Shown here one piece after another: positions 38,333 to 52,095 of a stretch of DNA of 64,000 nt. The stretch is from Neoechinorhynchus agilis. Lineage: Eukaryota; Animalia; Acanthocephala. The stretch's first letter is position 1; every line of letters begins with the position of its first letter. Position numbers and translations under genes: made by a program. The DNA lies in NCBI GenBank assembly GCA_051530055.1, contig CM121342.1, positions 4,959,489-5,023,488 of the forward strand, in the 5' to 3' direction. The notes beneath the pieces are model-generated. The model had not been told where the DNA came from. It was given only the letters and a program-made list of their open reading frames with translations, and ran no database searches.

Positions 38333-40396
38333 TTTGAAACTCCGCCAAAGACGGACCCAAGCCCGATTGATAAAGGAGGAGGGTAGGCGTCAGGAAGGGC
38401 GTCCGGCTCTAAAATTCTTGCCAAATTTTGATCCAAATGACAACCACTTCGCTCGGGCATGATAAAGTTTCGAAGACGGAGAGACTGGAAATAACGAGAA
38501 ATCGGTGACGAGGAAAGCCGAGGAAACGATGAGTGGATTGCATCAAACAGGATAGATTGGTTGTCGAGGGAACCGCAACCTCTCTCTCTCGAGAGAGAGA
38601 AATGTGTGAGTGAGAAGAAGAATTGGAGATGTTGTGATCATTATTTTGGATTAAAATATATTGATTGGAGATATTTCACGACTTCTAGACAATGGATGTT
38701 AAGACGATGCTCAATTGTGAAATATCTCAATAAAAAATTCTGTAAAGAGAATTATGATAACCCCTTGTTTGTCATCGAAAGTTAGTATTTGCATCGTTTA
38801 CGATCGTAAACGGGAACGTTGTTCTCTGAGAACCTTTTTCGCTTTGATTTCATATTTGAAGTTTTTGCATTGATGTGTGTTAATTTTGTGTGGGTTTAAA
38901 AGCGTTTGAAATGCAAAACCATAGCATTTCTTACATATTAAAGACGTTAAACGTTCTACTTCTGACTGGGATTGTTGTACAATGCAAAGTATCCATTTTG
39001 CCCACATGGTGGAAACACTAAGACACTTCTGGGATTGATATTTCAAAGTTGAAGAATTATGGTTCTGCTTCAATTCGCACTAAAGCTTTGTTCTCATGGT
39101 AGCGCTCTTCGAACTATAAAGACCTTCCTCCCATTTTGAATCGCATTTATTGGAGCGTGTGCGTTTTTAGTGTTTCTTTGAGCTAAGTGTTGAGGACATT
39201 GTTCAATATATAGTTTTATGGAAACTAATTTTTTAATACTAAAGGAAAATAATTTACTACCATATCTTCATTCTTTTTATAAAGGCTTCATTATTGCAAT
39301 GGTTTGGATCAGAAGACAAATTTATTGGGCCAACGGAATTTTTGCAGCACTGTCCATAGTTTTAAAAACGCTCAAATTTTTGGTCAAACCATCCTATTAA
39401 TTCTACTGTGGTTTCTATTGAAACATTTTTTATGAGTGGACGTTTTACCCACAAGAACGGAATTTTTTGGTCCTTACATCTCTAAAGTACTCACTGATTT
39501 ACGTGTATAAAATGAATTGGATAATTTCCTGGTTTACTACAACGGGGAAATCTTGGTTAAGATCTCCATCGAAATTGGTTTTGAAATTCATTTTTGTAAC
39601 GTTCACATATTCTTGCGAAATGCGCTTGTTGGTGAGTTTGGTCTATCCCCTAATCCAAAAAAAAGAATTTGAAACCATGTGAGAAACTTTAGATCATTTT
39701 CATTACACGCTTCGAAGCTATCTCATCTCTATGGGTTCATTTATTCAAGAATTCGCAAAATCCTTTCATGAAAGTTCGTAATTGCGATTCAAGTGGAACG
39801 CTGTTCCTTCGTGAATTGGATTTCGATGAACTAGCAAGTCCGTTTTCATTTGAGGAACCCTTGTCGTTCTCCATCGCAAACTATGTTTGCTGTCGTTTTT
39901 CGACTACGATGACTAAGACGTTCTCGACAAAAAAACCGTAGATCTTACAATTTGTAAATCACCCTATGAACCATCTTTTAGATTTTTTTAAAGCTTAGAA
40001 TTATTGAAGGTCGTATTTTCAAAGCTTGAAATTATTTCTTTTTCGATAAAAGAAGTTCTGATAACCACGGAAACTGTTCACGAAATCCACGAATGATTGA
40101 TTTTTTACGCCTGACGAAAGTTAATGTTCTTAATTCTAAAGCAAAAGTTAGAGTGTTCATTAATTCATTGTCGATAAGGTTACTGCATAAGAGGCGTCTT
40201 GATATTTTAGTAATAATTGGAAAAGGTGAGCACCATCTTCTTATACGAGATCTTTTTGGAGTGAAAAATCTTTACAGCTTCTCCTTTCACTTGTTCTGGA
40301 TCCCTTATTACCCCCTCCACGAGGAAAACTATAACAGATATTCTGATGCGGTTTTCAGGGTTTGAAAGCTTATTTCAATACGCTTCTAACGATATA

Positions 40397-40875
40397 CAGG
40401 GTGGAAACACCCTTACAACCCGTCCCACAGAAAAAAACAGTGAAGATAGAAATATCACCATCGGAAAGCTTATTTCAATACGGATTCAACGGTATATCAC
40501 ACTATGACATTCAATAATCAGTTGGGCCGCTATTGGCCTCCAGAACGGCCTTGATACGGGCAGGGTAGGAGCTCAAGAGGCGCTCGAACAGGCCGGTGTT
40601 TCCGCGCAGCCCGGTCAGCACGGCGTCGATGGCTCGACGCAGGGCTGCTTAGGAGTGGTCTCCGCCCTGCCGGAGATGCTCCTCGACCCCGTCCTTGATG
40701 ATCGCTCCAATGTGTTCAGCGGGGTTGAGGTCAGGAGACGACCCGGGCCACTCGGAGCTGGAGAAGTAGTCGAGTCCGGAATCCCGGAGGAGCGCCTGGG
40801 TTGCAAGTGCCTTGCAGCACGGCGCCTTGTCGTGGAGGAAGATGACATCTCCCTCAAAAACTTGAGTGAAAAAAG
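40397..40875 (-). mobile_element. IS630-Tc1-mariner transposon remnant (DD37E spacing), 5'-truncated, with one terminus
   Basis: FLHDKAPC...WPGSSPDLNPAEHIG with 37 residues between D and E. In-frame TAA, then SYPARIKAVLEANSGPTDY* (stop at 40511). TA|CAGGGTG terminus at 40395-40403. Confidence 0.8.
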
Positions 40876-41273
40876 CGCACAAATCCCAAGTTGGGAGTAA
40901 TATTAAGTGACAATATTATAAATCCTCACATTTTTTGGCAAAGATACGTTATTAATTCTAAAATTGTTGGTGTTTGGGTGCTTCTTACAAATGACAGAGT
41001 ATGCTGCGGAATCGTCGACGCAAAAGCGCCCCTAGGAGTATTTCCGATGCTTACATAGTCTTCAGGCTTGCTCAGGTTACGCTTCACAACAAATCCTCAC
41101 GTAGTTGTTTGAAACAGTTGGCATTGGTGGTCTTTTTTTGGCAGCATCTTAAAGTGTTGTCACTTAAAACTTTTATGGAGAATTTTTGTTTGAAGAAAAT
41201 GAGACCTCTGCTACTTCTCTCAAGCAAAATTGACGTCTTCCACACAATCCATGCACGAACGCCATTTTCAGAC

Positions 41274-43070
<1,797 letters not shown>

Positions 43071-43931
43071 AATTGGGGCTATCTGTAAATTGGTGTTGTG
43101 AATGTACCCGTTACACTTCTATTTCTGATTGCTTGCAACCAACAACAGCAAAAAAAACAAAGAATTTATCCATCAAAAAGTGAAAGATGTAGAATAAAGG
43201 TGCGCTTACTGCAATACGATTGTGTGTGTGTGTGTTTTGTGCCAAATAACGATTAAAAGTTCTACCCACATTCGTCCGAATCATTAAATCGTCCACGAAC
43301 GATGTCCATGATCACTCTAAGCACGGAAAGGCCAATATCCAATGACGCCCTCAACTATTACATTATGAAATCTCAACATTGTCCAGTGTTGTTGGAGATT
43401 TTTAAAGCGTAACTTCAGTTGCTGTGGTCTTGGTTTGCTGTTAGGCGGAATGGCGACATTGATCTTTTCACAAAAGAAATTAGGACGAGTATATGAACAT
43501 TACGTTTCTCCGTTTCAATTAGCGATGGTTGATTTAGAAAAAATTTCAATATATAGATCTATTTTTCTGAATCGAACATCACTAATTGAAACTACAATGA
43601 CTAATTTCTTTACAACTACGCTTCGGCAGGATTCATGGGCAAATTTCGTTAAGGTTTCAAGACCAAAAAAAGGTTCGAATTCAAATAATTTAAAAAAGGT
43701 GGCTTAAAACGTCAAATAGCTCCGTCGTCTTTCCAAAAAAACTGATTTTCATGTCCATTTGGAGTTTTCTCCTCTGAAGCATTTGAAAAAAAACGTTTTA
43801 GCAGCAATTTTAAAACGATAATAAAAGCTCATATCGCAGCAGCAGCAGCATTAAATAGAAGTGAATATCGATTGTGAGAGCATTGCCCTCGTTTTTTTTC
43901 GGCAAAGCCACACGATTTATTTTGTGTGCTC

Positions 43932-45145
43932 CTATAATAAATCAGCGATGATCGATTGAGCACTGGAGGTTAAGACAAAGCAGATCATTTGGTACGCGAG
44001 TAGAATTGATAAAGTAGCAAAGGTGCTGTTGATTGCGATGGAATCGAACGCAAAATTCCCGATTCCAGTTAGTAGATTTGCGACCAAGAAATAAAATGAC
44101 CCAAATCGGTCGATTGGACTGTGTGTGAGACATGAACCGAATTTGATTTGACAGAGAGAAAATGAAAGACAGGTCAGAGAGATTACAGCTAGTTGATATG
44201 TTGTGTTACACAACGAGCGATCGAAGTTCATGCCGCTGATTTCGCCCAGAGTCACCATGAAAACGAGTGAAATCGCGCTGATTTTTAGAGTGTTCCATTA
44301 TCGATTTGGTTTTCGTTTAGAAACTAAATCGACAATAAATGAGATTTGATGTCGTTAGTGAAGTGTTGGATGTAAACACCGATTGAACAAAGTTGTAGAT
44401 GACCGAACGTACCAATGATGCCGACTGAGTTACTCTTTACGGGAAGAAGAAATCCAAGTTTACTTAATGTGATTTGGAGCATGTTAATTGGACATGAACC
44501 AATCACGAACGCGAATAAAGGTCCTAGACCATCAACGGTCATCTTAATAATAAATAAAGTAATAAAGTAGTTCCAATGACGTCCATATTCAGATTCGTGT
44601 ACTTGATAGTTAAGAGCGTGAACGATTATTGGTTTTACTAGACCGATTAGTAATATGGGAAGATTGTGTTTGATGGAAGACTTAAGACTGATCCTTTGTT
44701 TGTAGGAAAGACCATTAAGCACACTAAACATTCCAACGCCAAAATCCATGAGGCCAAGTTGATGTGTTGACCGTTCCGTTTTCGCCAATCTTCTTGGAAA
44801 TAAAGGAAAATCCACTGCATATATCGAAACGCACGTGAGCATTATGAGTGTTCGTTTGAACATAAGAAGAGAGGTTCGGTAATTTTGGGTTTGAATGGAA
44901 GGCATCATTTTCAATAAAATAATGATGCCAATAACGATTGGAAGTGTGAGCTTGAACGTCGTGGTGAGTTGAACTATAAGTATCAAGGATGTGAAGCAAT
45001 GAGCAATGAGTGCGTTCATGAGACGATGTGCTAATACGTTCGTTGCAATCGTTGATGTAGCCGTGAGAATGAAATTTTCAGCAAAGTTGGTTCCAGTGCA
45101 ATTCGTTACGAAATCGATTTTGTGTCTTCGACGATCGTCATTCAT
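43932..45145 (-). CDS. PIGW: GPI inositol acyltransferase PIG-W/GWT1
   Basis: ATG at 45145 (MNDDRRRHKIDFVTNCTGT). FPRRLAKTE...LMDFGVG, YQVHESEYGRHWNYFITL; second exon with FLVANLLTGIGN; one intron near 44280-44410. Confidence 0.85.
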
Positions 45146-45149
45146 TTCC

Positions 45150-46208
45150 AAAATCGAGCCTTTTTAAGCAAAAAACAAAGCTCAATGGTAGCAAACCGAT
45201 TCCCAGGTCAAAAGCGCTCTAGAATACGGAAAATCAGAGGCTTTTTAAGCAAACAAAAAAGTTCAATGGTAGCAAAATAAATGAAAAAAAAACCGATTCC
45301 CAGGTCAAAAGCGCTCTAGAATACGGAAAATCAGAGGCTTTTTAAGCAAACAAAAAAGTTCAATGGTAGCAAAATAAATGAAAAAAAAACGATTCCCAGG
45401 TCAAAAGCGCTCTAGAATACGGAAAATCAGAGGCTTTTTAAGCAAACAAAAAAGTTCAATGGTAGCAAAATAAATTAAAAAGAAACCGATTCCCAGGTCA
45501 AAAGCGCTCTAGAATACGGAAAATCAGAGGCTTTTAAGCAAACAAAAAAGTTCAATGGTAGCAAAATAAATGAAAAAAAACCGATTCCCAGGTCAAAAGC
45601 GCTCTAGAATACGGAAAATCAGAGGCTTTTTAAGCAAACAAAAAAGTTCAATGGTAGCAAAATAAATTAAAAAGAAACCGATTCCCAGGTCAAAAGCGCT
45701 CTAGAATACGGAAAATCAGAGGCTTTTTAAGCAAACAAAAAAGTTCAATGGTAGCAAAATAAATGAAAAAAAAACCGATTCCCAGGTCAAAAGCGCTCTA
45801 GAATACGGAAAATCAGAGGCTTTTTAAGCAAACAAAAAAGTTCAATGGTAGCAAAATAAATGAAAAAAAACCGATTCCCAGGTCAAAAGCGCTCTAGAAT
45901 ACGGAAAATCAGAGGCTTTTTAAGAAACAAAAAAGTTCAATGGTAGCAAAATAAATGAAAAAAAAACCGATTCCCAGGTCAAAAGCGCTCTAGAATACGG
46001 AAAATCAGAGGCTTTTTAAGCAAACAAAAAAGTTCAATGGTAGCAAAATAAATGAAAAAACCGATTCCCAGGTCAAAAGCGCTCTAGAATACGGAAAATC
46101 AGAGGCTTTTTAAGCAAACAAAAAAGTTCAATGGTAGCAAAATAAATGAAAAGAAACCGATTCCCAGGTCAAAAGCGCTCTAGAATACGGAAAATCAGAG
46201 GCTTTTTA
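45150..46208. repeat. Tandem array, ~11 x ~97 bp, between divergent PIG-W and TENT4-like genes
   Basis: Unit CTTTTTAAGCAAACAAAAAAGTTCAATGGTAGCAAAATAAATGA(n)CCGATTCCCAGGTCAAAAGCGCTCTAGAATACGGAAAATCAGAGG. Confidence 0.95.
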
Positions 46209-46889
46209 GGGTCAAGAAACGGATACACTTGAAGACTATCTCTGGTCATAACCGCAAGATCATAAAGAGAACCCTGAGGAAAAACAACGTTACAATGCTG
46301 TACGACGACAGAATTTGGCACAGTGTGAAGGAAGCTCTCGTTTACGGAGGGGGAATGATCGTCTTCTCCTTAGATTCCTTTGAGCATCTTTCTCATGAGA
46401 CTTTTGACCACCAAGATTGTTGTTGCATTCGCGGCGTCCGTCGCCATCTCAGTTTTTTTTTGATCGCCTTAAATTTTCCTAGTACCAATGCAACTGGGCC
46501 CAAAAATAACAGTTTCATTGATCGTCGTTAACGCTTCGAAATTATGAAAACCATTGAGCACAAATTAACACTCATCCGCTCCAACCACCCTTACTAATCC
46601 GATCAATAACAATCTTTTGAGTCCTGGTGAGAAAAAAGATTCGGAAATCTATTGACGGGTTTCCTTACTTTTTTGTAGAACCATCCTCGCGATTACTTCT
46701 ATTTTCGTCAATAGCTTCTTGCATGAACGAACGAAAGGAATTTTTTTGAATAAAGACACTCTCACTTTCTCAAGAAACCAGAGGTCTCTCCTCGTCTCAA
46801 CCTCTTTGTTCCCCTCGTCGTCTCCTTTAACCGATCGCAAATCTATATGAACAAAACCCACTTTCAATAGTAGACGCGTTTATTTCGAA

Positions 46890-48742
46890 ATGACGGTAGT
46901 TGTGAAAAACAATCAATGTCAACAACGTCAACTCACTGAACCTGTTAGGGACGATAGTCTGCTAGTATCAAAAGAAAAAATGCGCCAAAGACGAAGAAAC
47001 CGTTCAGATTGTACACCCATCAATGGCACCGCAATCAATGGTCAAAGATATCCAAGAGTCCGGTTCCCCTGGTTGCTTCCGCTTTTACCAATCAGTACTC
47101 ATCAACAACAACGGCTTACACAAGTCCTAAATCTTCCAAATTCAAGACTAGAACGAACTCGACAAAGGCCCAGACCACGGACTGCATCGATAAGAACAAG
47201 TGAACGCGGAATCCCCCCTTGGCTGGTTCCAACTACCTCAACACCTCAATTACAAGTTTCACTGAATTTTAAGGCCTTGAATGACAAGTTCGATCATCTA
47301 AACTAACCCAGGTCGATTCATTTCCCCTCAAATCCTCATGATTTTTTTGAACTTCACGATAGATTTTTGAATGGACACCCACAGCCCTCTCAAATACCTT
47401 CCAGAGTTTTCTGTTCCCTTCATCGTGTAGTATTTCGTCCTTTTTGATTGTTCTGACTTCGTCGGTAAGCGTGATTGGACGAAATATTTCCTGGATATTT
47501 TTCCCACACATACTCATTATATTTAATGTTTAACTATACCAATCGAAAATTCCGCCCCGTTTCCGTCCATGTATTTGAAATCTGGAGACTCCACCTTTTT
47601 TTGATTGTTTTCTCTCAAAAGAGAAACTCTGAATCGACTTGTGGCTACAGTACATATCGAGATCGCTCGTTTTTACCAATACATGTTGTTGACCACTACG
47701 GAAAGGATGTTGATTCAATATACTGCCAGTAAGTATATTGTGATCATAAAGATGTTTCATAGTGTAATTGACGTTCACGTTGTGGGAAGTTTTACAACTG
47801 GTCTCTACCTTGTGACAAGTGACATTGATCTGACCGTGATCGCTAACACCGAAGGGAAGGATGGACGATTGTTTTTGCAAGCATTAATGCACTACATTGA
47901 ACGCTACGCTCATCTAAACTCAGTCGATATTAAATACGTAGACGCCAGAGTGCCTCTGATACGGATAAAAGATCCGGAAAGCGACATCGAGATCCAAATC
48001 ACTCTAAATATGATCTTAAATTTCGATAGTGCACGATATGTGAATCATCCAAACTCCTTTTTTTGATCACGATTCGTCCTCTTTCAAAAGCGCCCAGACC
48101 TTTGTTTAAAGGAGATTGAATGAAATAGAAGAACGCTCTAGGCACCTTCCTCCGCTGAAATTCATTGTTCCAGTGATCAAACAATTGTTACGAGGCAAAA
48201 ATCTTAATACTCCGTACACCGGCGGACTCGGTTCATACGCCATGGTACTGATGGTGATCCACTTTCTGCTTAACGAAGGTGATTTACGCCTATTCAACCT
48301 TGGCCAACTCTTATATAAATTCCTCCGCTTCTACTCTACATTCGATCATAGAAAATACGAAATCCACGTTACGATCACAGGCACACGATTGGAAGAGCGG
48401 AAAATATCTGAAGATGGTGCCAACGGTGAACTGAATGACCAAAACAATCCAAGCATTATCAACATTCGGGATCCATTAGATCATACCAACAACGTAGGAT
48501 CGAGTAGCTTCCGGTATGGACTCGTCCGTGAATGCTTCCTTCAGGCGTATTCACAATTACACAATGCTTTGATTTTTACAGGACGTGATTCAATCTTATC
48601 ATCAATTATTCAACTGTCTCCAGAGTTCCTACGTAAACGACAAGGGATGAACAGACTGATACAATATTCCACTTTAAGAGGATTGTTGCAAAATCATCCG
48701 GTTCAACGGCAGACAACAACCTCGACTGAACAAAGTCAATAA
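46890..48742 (+). CDS. TENT4: TENT4/PAPD5/Trf4-like non-canonical poly(A) polymerase, multi-exon
   Basis: GIPPWL; VGSFTTGLYLVTSDIDL; ARVPLIRIKD; KQLLRGKNLNTPYTGGLGSYAMVLMV; IRDPLDHTNNVGSSSF. Confidence 0.85.
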
Positions 48743-49004
48743 TACTTAAATGTGTACAAAGGAGTAAAAGATTAACCCGAAAACATGTTCATTTTGTGAT
48801 TGAAAATCTACTATTAATGGTGGTGATCTCTTCTTGGTCAATTTCAAAACATAGTTTTCTTATTGGCTTTGCGAAAATACGAAACAGTTTGTGCAACGAT
48901 TAGTTTCCCTCTTTTCCACTTTAAAATCTTCAATTATAGACGGAATTTCACCGTGTGATTCGATTGCCGAAAAAAACCGGATTTTTTCTTACTCGTAGAT
49001 CTGG

Positions 49005-49898
49005 TGATGATTGTTTGATAGACAATCCGACTGAAAGAGAGAGATTTTACTAAAACACCAAGCTTTCGCCGTCCAACGGCTTCTTCAGGGTGTTCTTGGC
49101 AGCAGCGAAGATCGGACTGTCCATCCGCATGCCGATAAGATTACTAAGCGCTGCTTAGTTGTTCAGCCGCATGTTTCACCTATTGATGATTGTTTGATAG
49201 ACAATCCGACTGAAAGAGAGAGATTTTACTAAAACACCAAGCTTTCGCCGTCCAACGGCTTCTTCAGGGTGTTCTTGGCAGCAGCGAAGATCGGACTGTC
49301 CATCCGCATGTCGATAAGATTACTAAGCGCTGCTTAGTTGTTCAGCCGCATGTTTCACCTATTGATGATTGTTTGATAGACAATCCGACTGAAAGAGAGA
49401 GATTTTATTCAAACACCAAGCTTTCGCCGTCCAACGGCTTCTTCAGGGTGTTCTTGGCAGCAGCGAAGATCGGACTGTCCATCCGCATGTCGATAAGATT
49501 ACTAAGCGCTGCTTAGTTGTTCAGCCGCATGTTTCACCTATTGATGATTGTTTGATAGACAATCCGACTGAAAGAGAGAGATTTTACTAAAACACCAAGC
49601 TTTCGCCGTCCAACGGCTTCTTCAGGGTGTTCTTGGCAGCAGCGAAGATCGGACTGTCCATCCGCATGTCGATAAGATTACTAAGCGCTGCTTAGTTGTT
49701 CAGCCGCATGTTTCACCTATTGATGATTGTTTGATAGACAATCCGACTGAAAGAGAGAGATTTTACTAAAACACCAAGCTTTCGCCGTCCAACGGCTTCT
49801 TCAGGGTGTTCTTGGCAGCAGCGAAGATCGGACTGTCCATCCGCATGTCGATAAGATTACTAAGCGCTGCTTAGTTGTTCAGCCGCATGTTTCACCTA
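49005..49898 (-). mobile_element. Retrozyme-like tandem array, 5 x 179 bp, one type-I hammerhead per unit
   Basis: Units start at 49005, 49184, 49363, 49542 and 49721. The minus strand of each reads AGAACACC-CTGAAGA-A-GCCGT-TGG-ACGGC-GAA-AGCT-T-GGTGTTT. Confidence 0.85.
49052..49096 (-). ncRNA. Minimal type-I hammerhead ribozyme (first of five; others at +179, +358, +537, +716)
   Basis: Stem I 8 bp, core CUGAAGA plus extra A, stem II 5 bp with a 3-nt loop, GAAA, self-complementary AGCU in place of stem III, H17 = U. Confidence 0.8.
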
Positions 49899-52095
49899 GT
49901 GACCTACTCTTAGATCGATGAATTGAAATTCATTACAAATAGATCGACTGAGCGCGTATAAAATCGATTTTCTACTATTTGAATATTAGAGTCCTTACTA
50001 GCAATTCAGACTTCCTTATAGCATAAACAAACCTAATCTCTTCAAAGTCGAGAATCGTATTGGTGGTACAATTAAAGAGCATCTTGACTGAAGTGCGTCT
50101 ATATAACTTCTTCATTTAAGTAGCATCATCTTTAAGTAGTATCAAAAGTTAAATGCAATTTACAGCTACCCAAATATTCTCAGAGTATAATCAGATTTAC
50201 ATTTGACGAGTTGCTGATTGATGTTTAAGTTGTTGCAGTAATTAAATTTTTTATAAACCACTATGCGTTTAGAGTGGTGGACAGATTGGCTATTTAAAAA
50301 AGAGGAAATCACACATCATCTCCAGTAAGCCACCAAAAAAAGGGGTTTAAAATATCATAAACCTTTAGGTCTCGTGCTACTGCATTCCGGTTTACTTGTT
50401 TTGATAGCCGAGTGTGTTGCAAAGTGACTCGGAGAGGGGAACATGTAATTGGCATGTACCATTAAGTATAAATCCCAGTCACCCGAACTCGAGGGATTGC
50501 TTAAACAACAATTCTAATGTTTGACCCTTGTCACTGAGCCGATTGGCTTCGTTAAATTTTATTAAACGCATATTATTGGCACCAAAATTTTTTTGCATTG
50601 GGTGTAATGGAACCGCCTGGACCGAATTATACTAATTACCCCTTCAATAACTAATTTTCAGAAAATAATTAAGAAAGGCGTAATAAATGCAACCTTTGAC
50701 AAAACCTCGAAATTAAAGCAACAAAATTTGTGAATGATATGGATGTAAAAAAAAGAAGGTAGAAGACCAACGAAAAGGCCGAAAATTTTCAAGATAAATC
50801 TATTTTCTTTGTTCATTATTTTTAAACATCTTTTTTTTCAAATAAGAATTTTTTCTTTTAGTTTTCATAGTCGAGTGTGTGCAGAACGGTATACCCAATA
50901 TCTCAGGAGCATGGGCTGAAGTGTCCCGAATGCTAACTGGTGACGGTTTGAAGGTTAAGCTATTTTGGAACGAGATTCGAAGGCGATAAACTGACTTTGA
51001 GTGCAGAACACAGTGAAGAAATCTTAGACTCGAGTCAACAGTGATGTCTACTTAGAATCTACAGCGTTGATTTAATATTCATTTTCGCTTGCCGCGACAT
51101 CAGTAGCAACGCCGCTTCTGTCCGGCGAAATGTTGACAGATCGATCCACAACAGGATGTAAGTTTAACGAACTTTTAAATGGGTCTTGTGGTCCATCATC
51201 GAACACCATTATGACACTAGAAGGAAAAAGGTTCAGGTCTTGTCATGCGATACGTGTTATAATTGGTTAAAAGTATCTTTGTAGCCAATTAAGAACCCCC
51301 CAAGCCGCTGATGGTCTAAAAATGATAAGGGCGGTAATTATCGCACATAAAAAACGCTGCATCGTGATTGGCTGTAACAAAATTTGATCCGATGGTGTTA
51401 CACTAAATTCAGATTTTCTTCGAGTGGTTAAGGGGAGAAAATAGAGTCTGAGAAGCCCATAAAACAGTGCAGCATCTTAACACATGGAAAAACTTCTCTA
51501 CAGCGGCCACGATCTCCACCGCTTCGTTGCCGCACATTCTATATTGGAGACGGCGGCGGCGGCGGCGGCGGCGGTGGTGGTGACGGCTGGTTGGGCTTTA
51601 ATTTTAAATATGACAGAGGCAGCACGATGGGATGAATAAATAAAGAGTCGCTTGAATGAAGTAGAATAAGCTTGTGTGTGCAATGTTCTTGCAAAATAAA
51701 CTAGCCAGCGGCGGCAGTAAATTGACCTCAATTTAGCCGATCTCGTTTTCGCTCATTAATCGCCTTAATATTCTCTTTTTTTGCACTAATTATTGTTTTA
51801 TCAGCAGGTGCTCAGCGTTTATCCAATGTTGGTTCAGTCCTCCGGCTATCTCTAGGGACTTAATTGGCTAAAGCCATGCGTATTAATAAGGTCATCTCTC
51901 ACCCGAAACGGTGTCAAGAGCTCTTGCGCTTTTGAGAGAATGAGTTGTGGTATCGCTTATGCGCACAGGCATTTCCTGACCGAGAATCTCAGCTTCCTTT
52001 CTCTATTTAGCCACCATATCACATTCCACTGCCGCCGCCACAACATCCTATACGGCTAATGGCAAGGATTATCCGTCCCTTTTTTCGTTCTATAG

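Noticed and set aside
49005-49034. Box C/D snoRNA (TGATGA...CTGA) in the 179-bp unit
   Set aside because: The boxes are only ~20 nt apart with no terminal stem; the opposite-strand hammerhead explains the unit better.
45150-49898. CRISPR-like appearance of the tandem arrays
   Set aside because: Units are contiguous with no unique spacers, there are no cas genes, and the context is eukaryotic.
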